Part shown: one piece after another, positions 1 to 12,117 of the stretch
How positions within the stretch are numbered: position 1 is the first letter of the stretch
Layout: each line of letters starts with the position of its first letter
NCBI RefSeq assembly: GCF_006345805.1
Contig: NC_043010.1
Location: 63,488,001-63,552,000 of the forward strand
DNA length: 64,000 bases
Origin: Octopus sinensis
Taxonomy: Eukaryota
Direction of reading: 5' to 3'
Position numbers and translations under genes: made by a program
The notes under the pieces: generated by a model
The model's input: the letters and a program-made list of their open reading frames with translations, nothing else
Database searches by the model: none
Told to the model about the DNA's origin: nothing

Positions 1-411
1 AAGAGAGTTATTTCATTTTTAGACAGAAGTATCAAATCAAGGTTTGAGTTAAATGGTGGAGGTGGGTGGTAGTGGTGGTTTGTTTTGGGAGATCTTATTC
101 AGTGAAGCTGAAGCGTTTGGATGTGTTTCTGTGCCATTTCTGATATTTCAGAACAGGGACAGAAAAAGTCATTTTCCTCTTGGACAAAAGACCAGTCCTA
201 AAATGTCAGATTCCTCTTCTCCCTGCAGAATATGGACTCACCCAAACTCACAAACTTCATTTTTACTTACACTACTTAATCTCTATCTAGGAAATGGAAA
301 ATTTTCAGTTTCAAGTAAATGAACACAAACACACCCCACAGTGTATGTCTAAGTAACCCCTAACACATCAAATACGGTGATCCCATAATAACTTAGTTTA
401 TCAAAGCTGTA

Positions 412-970
412 CAGGGTGGACCAAAATGATCTGACACATTTGGAGGCTTAATAAAAGCACAAAATAAGAAATAATGAAAATAAAAATTTTATTTTCTGAA
501 TGTACATATAATGCCATTTTATTTCATTAAGTTTTAAAAATAAATTAAATCAGCTAAATGCCTCCCATCATTGTCAACACACTGTTGGAGACGTTCATGA
601 AAGTTATCGATAACTCTTTGGATCATTCCTTCTGGAATGGTTGCTATTTCTACACAAATTGCATGTTTTAATTCATCAATAGCTCGAGGGTGATGACTAA
701 ATATTTTTGATTCTAAATATCCCCACAAGAAGAAATCACATTTAACCATTCCAGAAGGAATGATCCGTAGAGTTATCGATAACTTTCATGAACGTCTCCA
801 ACAGTGTGTTGACAAAGATGGGAAGCATTTAGCTGATTTCATTTTTAAAACTTAATGAAATAAAATGGCATTATATGTACATTCAGAAAATAAAATTTTT
901 CTTTTCATCATTTCTTATATTATGCTTTTATTAAGCCTCCAAATGTGTCAGATCATTTTGGTCCACCCTG
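412..970. mobile_element. Fold-back Tc1/mariner-derived non-autonomous element (maT/rosa-like 3' end duplicated in inverted orientation)
   Basis: TA|CAGGGTGG...CCACCCTG|TA. Arms 412-642 and 744-970 are near-perfect reverse complements. The minus strand encodes CDFFLWGYLESKIF...FHERLQQCVDNDGRHL, a transposase C-terminus. Confidence 0.9.
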
Positions 971-1554
971 TACAATGGCTAATTCTTTGGAAATAGTAAC
1001 TCTCATACATCAACCAGCAAGGATTTCCACCTCTCATCATCCTTGCTGTTTCCACCCGCCTCCCACCAACACTATACCAGCTACTACACCTAGTTTTTTC
1101 TCCCCAAAGCATAAGCCTTCTGGAATCTCTTCCTTGCTCATGTCTTTTTTTCCAGGTGTTGACCTGTAACAGTTTAAATGGAACACTAAACAGTATCAGT
1201 CTTGGTGAGACCGCAAAGCTCATGGGCACTGTCTCAGCCTCCAGACTCAATAAGCAAATACACACACACATATATGTAGAGAAAGAGAGAGGGGGGGGGG
1301 TTGCAGTGTTAATGATTAAATGAACTTTAAGCAAGGGAGATAACTCAACACCAAAAACCACTGAAATCTCTGAAAAGTGACCCAATTAAAATTGTAAAAA
1401 AATTGGTGAATAAGAAAGATAGTCTGATCTTCAGCAGACATAGTGACACTAGAGATATATTTCAGTCTTATTAGACCTCATCAGCATGTGTTCAGATTTA
1501 CAATATGAGGAAAAAAGTACTCAATATGTGGTGTAGATCATATTCATTTATATA

Positions 1555-1781
1555 TGTGTATGTATTTGTGCGTTTGTGTCTGTTTGTCCCCCACCCATTG
1601 CTTGACAACTGATGTTGGTGTGTTTACATCCCTGTAACTCAGCAGTTCAGCAAAAGAGACTGATAAAAGAAGTACCAGCCTTATAAAAAGTAAGTCCAGG
1701 CGTTGATTTCTTCAACTAAAAGGCAGTGCTCCAGCATGGCCACAGTCAAAATGACTGAAACAAGTAAAAGAATAAAAGAAT
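1555..1781 (+). mobile_element. SINE-A 3' half
   Basis: Matches the 3' half of the full copies at 5068, 9593 and 15096 (gcttgacaac...gtgctccagcatggcc...gactgaaacaagtaaaag). Confidence 0.8.
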
Positions 1782-1794
1782 ACGTGTATGTATG

Positions 1795-1837
<43 letters not shown>

Positions 1838-1842
1838 AAAAA

Positions 1843-2200
1843 CTGTGTAGTCGCAAAGCTTGCTTCCCAACCATGCAGTCTTCAGTTCAGGCCCACTTCG
1901 CAGCACTTTAGGCAAGTGTCTTCAACTGTAGACCAGAGCTAACCAAAGCCTTATGAGTGGATGAGGTAGACGGAAACTGAAAGAAGCATATCATATATGT
2001 ATGTGTGTGTGTGTGCTTTTGTGCACCCAATCTTTCATGAAAAGCACGCTTGGCCGTGAGAAAATATTGTCTTGCTTGGGAAACAGGTGAGTGTTGGTGA
2101 CAGGAAGGGCATCCGGTTATGACAAAATAAAATCTGTCTAAACAAATTCCGTTTGTCCCATGCAAGCAGGGAAAAGGGCACATTAAATGATAATGATGAG
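1843..2200 (+). mobile_element. SINE-A head/core joined to an RTE-type tail
   Basis: Head and core as in SINE-A (ggcaagtgtcttc...gacggaaactgaaagaagc), then ggaagggcatcc...ccatgcaagc...gatgatg, resembling the RTE 3' ends in this window. Confidence 0.7.
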
Positions 2201-2469
2201 GGTGATTATGATATTTCATTTGTTCATGTTTCTCGAAGTAAGAAATTAGTGAATTGTGTTGTGAAACAATCAAATAGCATTGAACTGTATTTATTATTGG
2301 TACATATATTTTATTCCATCAGGGAGGCAAAAAGGCTAGGCCAACACCTGGATTTCAATCTATAATCACCATCATTAAAGTCTGCACCAAGCTCCACTGT
2401 CTTTTGGAATGGGTTTCATGGCTGGATGCCCTTCCCAATGCCAACCACTTTACAGCATTAAATGGGATC

Positions 2470-3080
2470 ATGTAAAAGTATCTAACTATAGTGTTTGACT
2501 GGATTGTCATGTCAGGAATCTTCACAGATAAAGTACTGGCTATTCCTAGGGAGTAATCAAAACTGATCCTCAGTAACGAAGGATCGGTTTTGATTAACCT
2601 AGATTAGAGGTTGCTAAACTTCTTATAGCATTGAACATCTCATAGAATTGCTGATAACTTATTGAACCCATCATGAAAATTTTTTCAATAAAACTACACG
2701 CTAAAACTATGTGCCTTCACTAGTCATGTGACAACTTGCTGGAGCCTAGCAGCAGGTATTTAAAGGGAAAATTTTGACAAGTCAGTCAGTCGCCTGCTGA
2801 CACTCGTTGACGCTACATCGAAGAGGCCAGGGAACAGAAGAAAGAAGAAGAAAGAAGACATGCTCCCAACACCAGAGCTGAAGACACCTCCGAAAGATGG
2901 GGTGGGGTGGGGGGCGCCACGTCAAAACGGTAGAGGAGTAGGGGCTGAAACCAGACGTGGTTCCTCCTGATGATGTCTTGAGCTAACTGGATCCTATAAA
3001 GGAGCTGTTGTGGTAGCAGACCACGAAACACGGTTGTAATTCCTCCTAATTAATAAAAAATTTCTTGGTTTAAAAACAAT
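2470..3080 (+). mobile_element. Penelope-like element 3' end / pseudo-LTR
   Basis: Decayed FDW...SIEHLIELLITY resembles the C-terminus of PLE GIY-YIG ORFs. It is followed by a GC-richer UTR with CTGATGA...CGAAAC and AATAAA. Confidence 0.5.
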
Positions 3081-4120
3081 AATTCTTTTGTGACTTTTAT
3101 GTCATTGCCACTTTTTAATAAGAAATATTTAAAGACATTTAATGAAAATACTTAACAAAATTGATAAAGAGCGATAAACGTTCAGTTGGAATATTTAATG
3201 TGAAATATGTGTTTGGTAAATGCTAGTTATTGTATCAATATTTTGCTAGAAATTAGTGAGTTTTAGCCTCAAATCATCCATAATCTAGATTCAGTTTGTT
3301 AATAATTTAGGACCCATAATGTTCAAAATCATTTTAGGTATTTGTTGACCCTTTGGACAGACATATATAGAACAGACCCCTAGGGGTCAGTATTGAACCC
3401 TAGCCCTAGATCATGTAGAGCCTGGATTTGATTACACCAACTCTGATCAACCTGGGATACTCCACAAGAAAATAATCCCCAACCCCTTCTTACAACCACT
3501 GGTCAGGGAGATGAAACCACTGTCGTAAGGTTGCAGTGTTTCCTTGGGTAAGGCACTTCACTTCACAATGTCCTGGTTAACTCAGCTGAAAATGAGTACC
3601 ACTTCCTTCCTTCCTCTCCCAGCTGCCACAAAAGGTGAGAAAGCTGAGAGAGTGCCAACTGTCTACCTATGATAACATAAATGCCTAAAATAATTAGCGA
3701 AAAATATGGTACATGCTACCAAGTCAAACTCACACTTGCTTTGGTATACATACATACATACATATATATATACACATATATATAGGTAAATCAAAAATTA
3801 AAAACAGGAAAGAAACAACAAAAGTCAATTAGATGTACACAGTGAATAGATTAGATTGAACCTCAGTGAAAATTTTAGATGGAAAAATAATATTTTGATT
3901 ATGGCTCTTTGTCGGAAAGGGGAAAATGTCCAGAGAGGAGATAAAGGATGAAGGAGCAGATAGTCTGGAGGAAACCATGTGTATTGTCACATGGCTACAC
4001 ACACACACGCATGCACACACACACATAGAGCTGAGGCTTCCCTCCTAGTTTCACATTTCTGCTTTTCACAGCAAGTCTTCTATAAGTACTGGATACTTTA
4101 TTCTTTTGATTTGTAAATTC

Positions 4121-4415
4121 AAACATGTGGTTGTTGCCAGTACTGCCTGACTGGCTCCCATGCTGGTGGCACGTAAAAAGCACCATTCAAGCGTGGTCAT
4201 TGCCAGTACCGCCTGACTGGCCCTTGTGCTGGTAGCACGTAAAAAGCACCTACTACATTCTTAGAGTGGTTGGCACGAGGAAGGGCATCCAGCTGTAGAA
4301 ACCTTGCCAGATCAGATTGGAGCCTGGTGAAGCCTTCTGGCTTGCCAGTCCTCAGTCAAACCGTCCAACCCATGCCAGCATGGAAAGCAGACCTTAAACG
4401 ATGACGATGATGATG
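4121..4415 (+). mobile_element. RTE-type LINE 3' UTR, 5'-truncated
   Basis: Units of tggcacgtaaaaagcacc, then ggaagggcatccagctgtagaa...ccaacccatgc...(GAT)n tail. Confidence 0.85.
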
Positions 4416-5067
4416 TGAGTGTGTGTGTATGTGCATGTGTAAATTGTAAAGAATAAATTCAAAAGAGCCCTCACTTTCCTCTCCCACCACGTATCTCGGT
4501 AGGTTTAGATAGGGAGGAGGTCCTGACTGTAATGTGTTGTACTAAGTAAATAGTCCCACCAGCCTTAAACATAAAAAAATATGCCAGCACTTTTATCATT
4601 ACAGCATCTTACAACTTCACCTCCAAATTATGGTTGAGAGGTTGGCCGAGCAAATACACAATGTTTAAATTAGGGGAGAGGAGATACCCAGTACCTTTCT
4701 CAGCCCCTATAAGATTGTTAGGATGAAGGGAGGAAGCTATCCTCAGACCAGTTTCCAGATCCGAAAGGTACCTCACTATAAAGATATTTAAGGGCCAGGT
4801 GGCAATGGATTTAACCCACCCCATCACAGCTTACAACTGGTCTCCTATCACCTCAACTCAAGATATAAATCGCTTCCCTGCATGTGTCAGGATTTGAGCT
4901 TGCAGATTTTATTTTGAAAGGTTCCTTAAATAACAAGAAAAGGAAAAAAATAAACATCTTAGGAATATTTGCAGGGAGAACAGGCTGGGCATGCCATTGG
5001 TTATGATGATGAGTGTCCAGGTTGATTCAATCAATGGAACAGCCTGCTTGTGAAATTAAAATACACG

Positions 5068-5482
5068 TAGCAGGAATGGCTGTGTGGTAAGTAGCTTGTC
5101 TACCAACCACATGGTTCCAGGTTCAGTCCCACTGCGTGGCACCTTGGGCAAGTGTCTTCTACTATAGCCTCGGGCCGACCAAAGCCTTGTGAGTGGATTT
5201 GGTAGAAGGAAACTGAAAGAAGCCCATCGTATATATGTATATATATATATATATGCGTGTGTCTGTTTGTGTGTCTGTGTTTGTCCCCTAGCATTGCTTG
5301 ACAACCGATGCTGGTGTGTTTATGTCCCCGTTACTTAGCGGTTCGGCAAACAAGACCGATAGAATAAGTACTGGGCTTACAAAAGAATAAGTCCCGGGAT
5401 CGAGTTGCTCGATTAAAGGCGGTGCTCCAGCATGGCCACAGTCAAATGACTGAAACAAGTAAAGGAGAAAAGAGTAAAGAGT
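5068..5482 (+). mobile_element. SINE-A, full length (tRNA-derived)
   Basis: A-box-like tggctgtgtggtaag and B-box-like ggttcagtccc, internal (TA)n/(TG)n, tail gtaaaagag; several homologous copies in the window. Confidence 0.9.
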
Positions 5483-5850
5483 AGCTGAGCACTTCACAGA
5501 CTCTTTGTACCCTTAACGGAGTTCTTAGGGAGATTCAGCATGACACAATGAATCTGACAAGGCTGGCCCTTTGCAAAATAAGTACAACTCATTTTTGCCA
5601 GCTGAGTGGACTACTGGAGCAACATGAAACAAAGTGTCTTACTCAAGCCCTTCAGTATATTATGGTAAGGGCTTGTAAATAGGGTAAAGACCCCCTTCGG
5701 TCACGAATGGGATTGCATCTAGAAAGTTATCCTCAGAGGCACAAGTCCGGGCAAGGTTGTTTAAGGAAGATCAGCAGTCATCCATGCATACCAGCTTCCC
5801 ATTTCCACACCACCGATGTTATCCAAGGCCAATACAGCTTGGCACCAGGT
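5480..5850 (-). mobile_element. SINE fragments (SINE-H core with SINE-D-type tail, plus a second tail piece)
   Basis: 5480-5560 matches the SINE-D tail at 31070-31150 and 63910-64000; the core ctggagcaacatgaaacaaagtgtctt matches 18665-18700. Confidence 0.55.
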
Positions 5851-6332
5851 TTGGCATAGTAAGTTATACAAAATAAGAGGCTACAACCATTCAGCAGAGA
5901 TGTTTTGTCTATTTGGTGAGGTTCAGATGCACTGACAGCCCCAAGGTTTGGTGTTCACTGTACTCAAGAGATTGTCCACCTTCCAACTTCTAGTTTGTTC
6001 CTCCTTAAATGGGTTTCATTGCAGGAAACTATAGGGAAGATAAAGGAAGGACCATGCAGTACCTGAGTTAATCCCAGCACCACCGGGAACATCCTCAGAA
6101 CATATGAACAGGTAGTTTGGATAGGTAGACTGGAATTTCACTTCTCACAGTGGTATGGCGTCACCTTTTAGCAGCACGACTAGGTTTGATTTCTGCTTGG
6201 TACCCCAGAGATCAACTGGTCCCATGATGACAGGATGGGAACAAAAGATTAAGATGTATGGTGATGTGCCATTATGGAAGATCTGCCTAAACAATGCCAA
6301 TAGGGGAAAATATGCTGAAACAACAATGGCAG

Positions 6333-6363
<31 letters not shown>

Positions 6364-6824
6364 GACAATGATGAAACTTGAACAAGAAACACCATTATTT
6401 ATTGGGCTATTTTAATTGCACACAAACACACACAGACTAATCATATTTGAAATATGGTGGGATCACATTCATGAGGCTGTAATAAAGAGTGCACAATGTT
6501 ATTATCTGTGGTACTCTGACCATATGTCTCATTGATCAGGATACCATCATACCTCATCTCTACAATAAGACACCTGTTGAAGACACTCTATCACATTGCA
6601 GCATATCAACACCTGGCACAAGCTATCTTCCTCAGTACTACATCCTCACACTATCAAGGATGTTACTTAGCACATAAGTGTTGGTGTCTGGGGAAAAAAG
6701 GAGCCACTACCTTCTGTAGAGTGGTTGGTAAAAAAAGGGCAACTAACCACAGAAACCTTGCCTAAATAGACAGTCCTCCAACTCGTAGGATCCTGTCAAA
6801 CTGCCCTAGCCATCTCAGCATTAA

Positions 6825-7035
6825 CCCTTTCGTCACTGTATTTTATTTTGAGATGCTCTGTGTTTCTTTTAATTAATTTTAAATATGACAAAGAATTTAG
6901 TCAAATAACTTTGTAATCATTCAGCTAGTGTTAGGAACATAAATTGTGACAAAGATTTTAATTCAAAACTTATGAAAACAAGACATTTATACTACAGAGC
7001 CAGAGGCAGTTTCAGCCGGGTTGGTATCAAAAGGG
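6825..7035. mobile_element. piggyBac-type MITE, family 1
   Basis: TTAA|CCCTTTCGTCAC...TATCAAAAGGG|TTGA; homologous to 7068-7289 and 56953-57173. Confidence 0.75.
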
Positions 7036-7067
7036 TTGAGAATTGTTTCTCTATTATATATTTTATA

Positions 7068-7289
7068 CCTTTTGTTACTGTATTTCTGTTGAGATGTTCT
7101 GTGTTTCTTTCAATTACTTTAAATATAACAAAGAATTTAGTAAAATAACTTAGTTATCATTCAGCTAGTGTTAGGAACATTAATTGTGACATAAAGGTTT
7201 GGTGGAAGATTTTAATTCAAAACATTTTAAAACAAGACATTTATACTACAGAGCCAGAGGTGGTTTCAGCTGGGTTGGTAACGAAAGGG
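7068..7289. mobile_element. piggyBac-type MITE, family 1 (second copy)
   Basis: Same orientation as and highly similar to 6825-7035; ends GTAACGAAAGGG|TTCA. Confidence 0.75.
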
Positions 7290-7411
7290 TTCAATGATGA
7301 TGATCCAGAAATTAAACACATACCCACGAGGTAAACTACAACATTAACATTATATATGCACTATACTATTATCCTGTGGGACAATTAGGTGATGGAAATT
7401 AGAAACTTTCA

Positions 7412-7629
7412 CCCTTTAATATTTAAACCAGCCATATCCGGCAAAAATATTCTACCTGCTTTATGTTCAAACTGGCCAGATTCAACCTCTTACACCTACC
7501 CTACAATGTCATTCTAAAAATAAACTATCACATCCTCAAAATTTTGAAGTTAAGATTATTCATGATTAATTCAAAACAATGTGAAGAAATAAGCATTACA
7601 CTTGATAGAGTAAACTGAATGCTAAAGGG
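7412..7629. mobile_element. piggyBac-type MITE, family 2
   Basis: TTCA|CCCTTTAATATTT...AATGCTAAAGGG|TTCA; homologous to 12384-12594. Confidence 0.7.
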
Positions 7630-8079
7630 TTCAACCTATTTTTATTTCCATGGCCATAGACTACTTAATAGTCTTTCTTAATAAAAAGGGCTCCCAAAAG
7701 GTGTTTTTCTCTCCCTGCTAGGCCTACAGAGGAGGTTATCAAGAGCCCAGCTCATGCCCCGAGTCTTTCATTTGTTTTATCTTAATTGCTTTCTATCCAT
7801 AATGTGAAGAAAGAAATCATCGTTGGCCTACAGCATCAAGCACAACCCATTAGTGGCCACCCAGCAAGAGGTGATCAACATTAAAAAGACTTTTCTAAAT
7901 AATGACTAAACTGCAAGCACTGCATCAGAGATAAAAAGGTCAAGAATGCTGGCTATAAAAACTACCACAATCTATTTTACATTAAAAACTTGGATAAAGT
8001 TTTTAAAATCTGCAATCAAACAACATCAGAAGAGTATTCAAAAGTTGGTCTACCCTCCTGGGACATTACTCTTGAACAA

Positions 8080-8300
8080 AGCTTCCTATTTCTTTACTAC
8101 CCACAAGGGGCTAAACACAGAGAGGACAAACAAGGACAGACAAATGGATTAAGTCGATCCCAGTGCGTAACTGGTACTTAATTTATCGACCCCGAAAGGA
8201 TGAAAGGCAAAGTCGACCTCGGCGGAATTTGAACTCAGAATGTAGTGGCAGACGAAATACCGCTAAGCATTTCACCCAGGGTGCTAACTTTTCTGCCATC
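8080..8300 (-). mobile_element. SINE-C (tRNA-derived)
   Basis: Reverse complement of the + copy at 21038-21262 (B-box gagttcaaattcc; gtcgactttgcctttcatcc). Confidence 0.9.
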
Positions 8301-8438
8301 AGAAGAGTTTATGACCAAGAACTGTTTTATCTCAGGCAGTTGTGGTAGAGAATATAAAGGTGAGCCCACCTGCCACCTAAAAGCGAGGAACAGACTAAAG
8401 CAATAATCTGTGTGAGGACAGAAGAATCTGGTATGGCC

Positions 8439-9287
8439 GATCACTGCCATGCTTCACGACAAAGAAACATGGGCTATGACTGCGGAGGACATGCGTAGGC
8501 TAGAAAGAAATGAAGCTAGCATGATCCGCTGGATGTGTAATGTCAGTTAGCATACATGACAGTGTGTAAGCTCCTTGAGAGAAATGCTGGACATAAGAAG
8601 CATTGGATGTGGCGTGCAAGAGAGACGTTTGGGGTGATATGGTAATATACGAGGAGAGATGTGTGAAGAAGTGCCACTCCCAAACAGCTGAAGGAATCTG
8701 GAGTAGAGGTAGACCCAGGAAGACATAGAATGTTGGGCCTCACAGAGGCAATGACGAAAGACCAAGACCTCTGGAGATATGCTGTGACTGGCGAAGACCC
8801 GGCAAATAAAGTGAGTTCACGACCATATCCTACACCAGTTTCGTATAACCAGCCCCAGCCCATTCAAAAGTACCTTGGATTGTAAGGTGACCTGCTGTGC
8901 TTGAGGAGACCTATTGAGTCAAGTACATCAACATCAAAATGAAAATCAAATGGAAATTGTAGTTGTGATACCCGTGCCGGTGGCACGTAGAAAGCACCAT
9001 CCGAACATGGCTGATGCCAGTGTCCCCTTGATGGGCGTCTGCGTCGGTGGCATGTAAAAAGCACCAACCGATCGTGGCTGTTGCCAGCCTCCTCTGGCCC
9101 CTGTACCAGTGGCATGTAAAAAGCACCCATTACACTCACAGAGTGGTTGGTGCTAGGAAGGGCATCCAGCAGTAGAAACACTGCCAGATCAGACTGGAGC
9201 CTGGTGCAGCCTCCTGGCTTCCCAGACTCCAGTTGAACCATCCAACACATGCTAGCATGAAAAACGGACGTTAAATGATGATGATGA
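8439..9287 (+). mobile_element. RTE-clade LINE 3' fragment: decayed ORF C-terminus plus 3' UTR
   Basis: TAMLHDKETWAMTAEDMRRLERNEASMIRWMCNVS...GRPRKT is RTE-like, followed by a UTR with 3 hairpin units and a (GAT)n tail. Confidence 0.85.
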
Positions 9288-9289
9288 TA

Positions 9290-9992
9290 TATATATATAT
9301 GTATGTATATATTTGTGTGTATCTGTGTTTGTCCCCCTACCATCGCTTGACAACCGATGTTGGTGTGTTTACGTCACTGTAACTTAGCGGTTCAGCAGAA
9401 GAGACCAATAGAATAAGCACCAGGCTTACAAAGAATAAGTCCAGGGGTCGATTTCTTTGACTAAAAGGCGGTGCTCCAGCATGGCCACAGTTAACTGACT
9501 GTAACAAGTAAAAGAATTATTTTATCAAAGTAGAATTTCTGAGTAGCAATTTGTGAAGATTTTCTTTCAGCTTTAATAAAATAGTATATATAGGCGCAGG
9601 AGTGGCTGTTTGGTAAGTAGCTTGCTAACCAACCACATGGTTCCGGGTTCAGTCTCACTGCGTGGCATCTTGGACATGTGTCTTCTGCTATAGCCCCGGG
9701 CCGACCAATGCCTTGTGAGTGGATTTGGTAGACGGAAACTGAAAGAAGCCTATCGTATATATGTATATATATATATAAGTGTGTGTGAATATGTTTTTGT
9801 GTCTGTGTTTGTTCCCCTAGCATTGCTTGACAACCGATGCTGGTGTGTTTACGTCCCCGTAACTTAGCGGTTCGGCAAAAGAGACCGATAGAATAAGTAC
9901 TGGGCTTACAAAGAATAAGTCCCGGGGTCGATTTGCTCGACTAAAGGCGGTGCTCCAGCATGGCCGCAGTCAAATGACAAAAACAAGTAAAA
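9290..9992 (+). mobile_element. SINE-A 3' half (9290-9512) followed by a full SINE-A (9593-9992)
   Basis: Direct homology to 5068-5482 and 15096-15498. Confidence 0.9.
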
Positions 9993-10334
9993 ACAGTAAA
10001 AAGAAAAAAGAGTACTCTACTTTTGATATTCGAGTACTGTTTTTCCCACCTTGTTTTGTATCTCTGTGCTTACGTGTGTGTGGTGTGTGTGTGTGTGTGT
10101 GTATAGAGAGAGAAAGTCTGGTTCAAGTGGAACAAGCAACATCAAGAACAATACAAGAACAGTTCTACCAGACACAACAGACTAAAGGGTTTGGTTTGAG
10201 AGTAATACAAGGATGCCTCTGGCAGGAGGTAACAGAAAATTCTGAGAATGTCTACAGAATATGGCAGGTACCGGAAGAAGGTCAGGGAATATGATGGCCA
10301 AAATACTGTGACTATGTTGAAAAATAAAATCTCA

Positions 10335-10656
10335 GCGCTGCCCCGACTGGTGGCACGTAAAAAGCACCATCCGTTCGTGGCCGTTTGCCAGCCTCGCCTG
10401 GCCCCCGTGCCGGTGGCACGTAAAAAGCATCATCCGATCGTGGCCGTTTGCCAGCCTCGTCTGGCACCTGTGCCGGTGGCACGTAAAAGCACCCACTACA
10501 CTCATGGAGTGGTTGGCGTTAGGAAGGGCATCCAGCCGTAGAAACATTGCCAGATCAGACTGGGCCTGATGCAGCCTTCTGGCTTCCCAGACCCCAGGTG
10601 AACCGTCCAACCCATGCTAGCATGGAAAGCGGACACTAAACGATGATGATGATGAT
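10335..10656 (+). mobile_element. RTE 3' UTR copy
   Basis: Three gtgccggtggcacgtaaaaagcac units and the conserved terminus; CpGs intact, so probably young. Confidence 0.9.
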
Positions 10657-10669
10657 TTGCTTACATTAC

Positions 10670-10717
10670 ATGAGTGTAGTTTGGTCAGCCTATGAACTTT
10701 TCAGCCAACCGTTGTAG
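10670..10717. mobile_element. Isolated mariner-like terminal inverted repeat
   Basis: gtcagcctatgaacttttcagccaaccgttg|TA resembles a mariner end; no partner end found. Confidence 0.4.
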
Positions 10718-10956
10718 AAGTATCTGTAACAAGATATTGGCCTGAATACATTTGTATATGATAATGTGAATTTCTCATCTCAGAATTTCAAACCAATGTA
10801 GCTAAATGGTTAACTCTTAGCTATTTGGTAGGTTTACAAACATCAGAGATTATTTAAAAATTTGCTTTTTTTTATGGCTTAGAACAACAACTGTTAATAG
10901 TTACTTAACAGAAGAGGGTGGAGAGATACTATATTATACTCTGTGTGTGTGCATGC

Positions 10957-10994
<38 letters not shown>

Positions 10995-11142
10995 TTGAAG
11001 TGACAACCTTGAGCTATGGCCAGCAAACAGACAGCTGCCATGATGCTGCTTTGTATGTGAGTGCATATGTGTTTGTGTGTGTGCGTGTGCTTGTGTCCGT
11101 GCACATGTACACATTCACACAGGATAAGAGAAAGGGGAAAGT

Positions 11143-11178
<36 letters not shown>

Positions 11179-11544
11179 AAGGTGAGGAAGAAATGTGAGT
11201 TTATACAAGGGATTAAGTATCATTCTACTTTTGGAAGGGTCAGCTGTGAGTGGATGTAGCGCACACACACACACACAGCTGGCAGTCAGGTTGGCAGTGA
11301 TAGAGTTAGTCTCATAAGCTTTATCACACACTGAAGACAACACAGCAGATGTATCTAGGGAATGTCAAACATGGTGGAATTCACCAATTTCTAACTTAGC
11401 ATTTAAACAATTTTAATTTTTTTCTTATAGCAAATCCCGTAATTACTCCAGGATAATGCAGTCGCAAATATAATAGAACACTCACTTTTCCTACCTGCAA
11501 ATCAGAATTATACTTTATCTGTAATATACTTATATCGTATGAAT

Positions 11545-12117
11545 GTTGTAGTTGTGATACATGTGCCGGTGGCATGCAGGGCCTCACAGAGGAAATGACG
11601 AAGACTGAGACCTCAGAGATATGCTGTGACTGAAGACCCGACAAATGAAGTGAGTTCATGGCTCGCAGGACGGCCTGCTGTGCTAACCTTGGATCGTAGA
11701 GTGACCCTCTGTTCTTGAGGAGGCCTATTGAGTCAAGTACATCAATACCAACATCAAAATAAAAATCAAATGGAAATTGTAGTTAAGATACCTGTGCTGG
11801 TGACACATAAAAAGCACCATCTGAACATGGCAGATGCCAGCGCTGCCTGACTGACATCCGTGTCAGTAACACGTAAAAGCACCAACCAATCGTGGCCGTT
11901 TGCCAGCCACCTCTGGCCCCTGTGCCGATGGCACGGAAAAAACACCCACTACACTCTTGGAGTGGTTGGCATTAGGAAGGGCATCCAGCTGTAGAAACAA
12001 TGCCAGATCAGACTGGAGCCTGGTGCAGCCTCCTGGCTTCCCAGACCCCGGTCGAACCGTCCAACCCATGCTAGCATGGAAAACGGATGTTAAATGATGA
12101 TGATGATGATGATGATG
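11545..12117 (+). mobile_element. RTE 3' fragment
   Basis: ORF end (gggcctcacagagg...) plus UTR; closely similar to 53203-53705. Confidence 0.85.

Noticed and set aside
53-322. 89-aa ORF or exon at the window start
   Set aside because: No recognisable similarity; the nearby minus-strand AG/GT segment (271-286) has stops in all three frames.
5068-5140. tRNA genes at SINE heads
   Set aside because: A and B boxes are present, but no cloverleaf forms and each continues into a SINE body.
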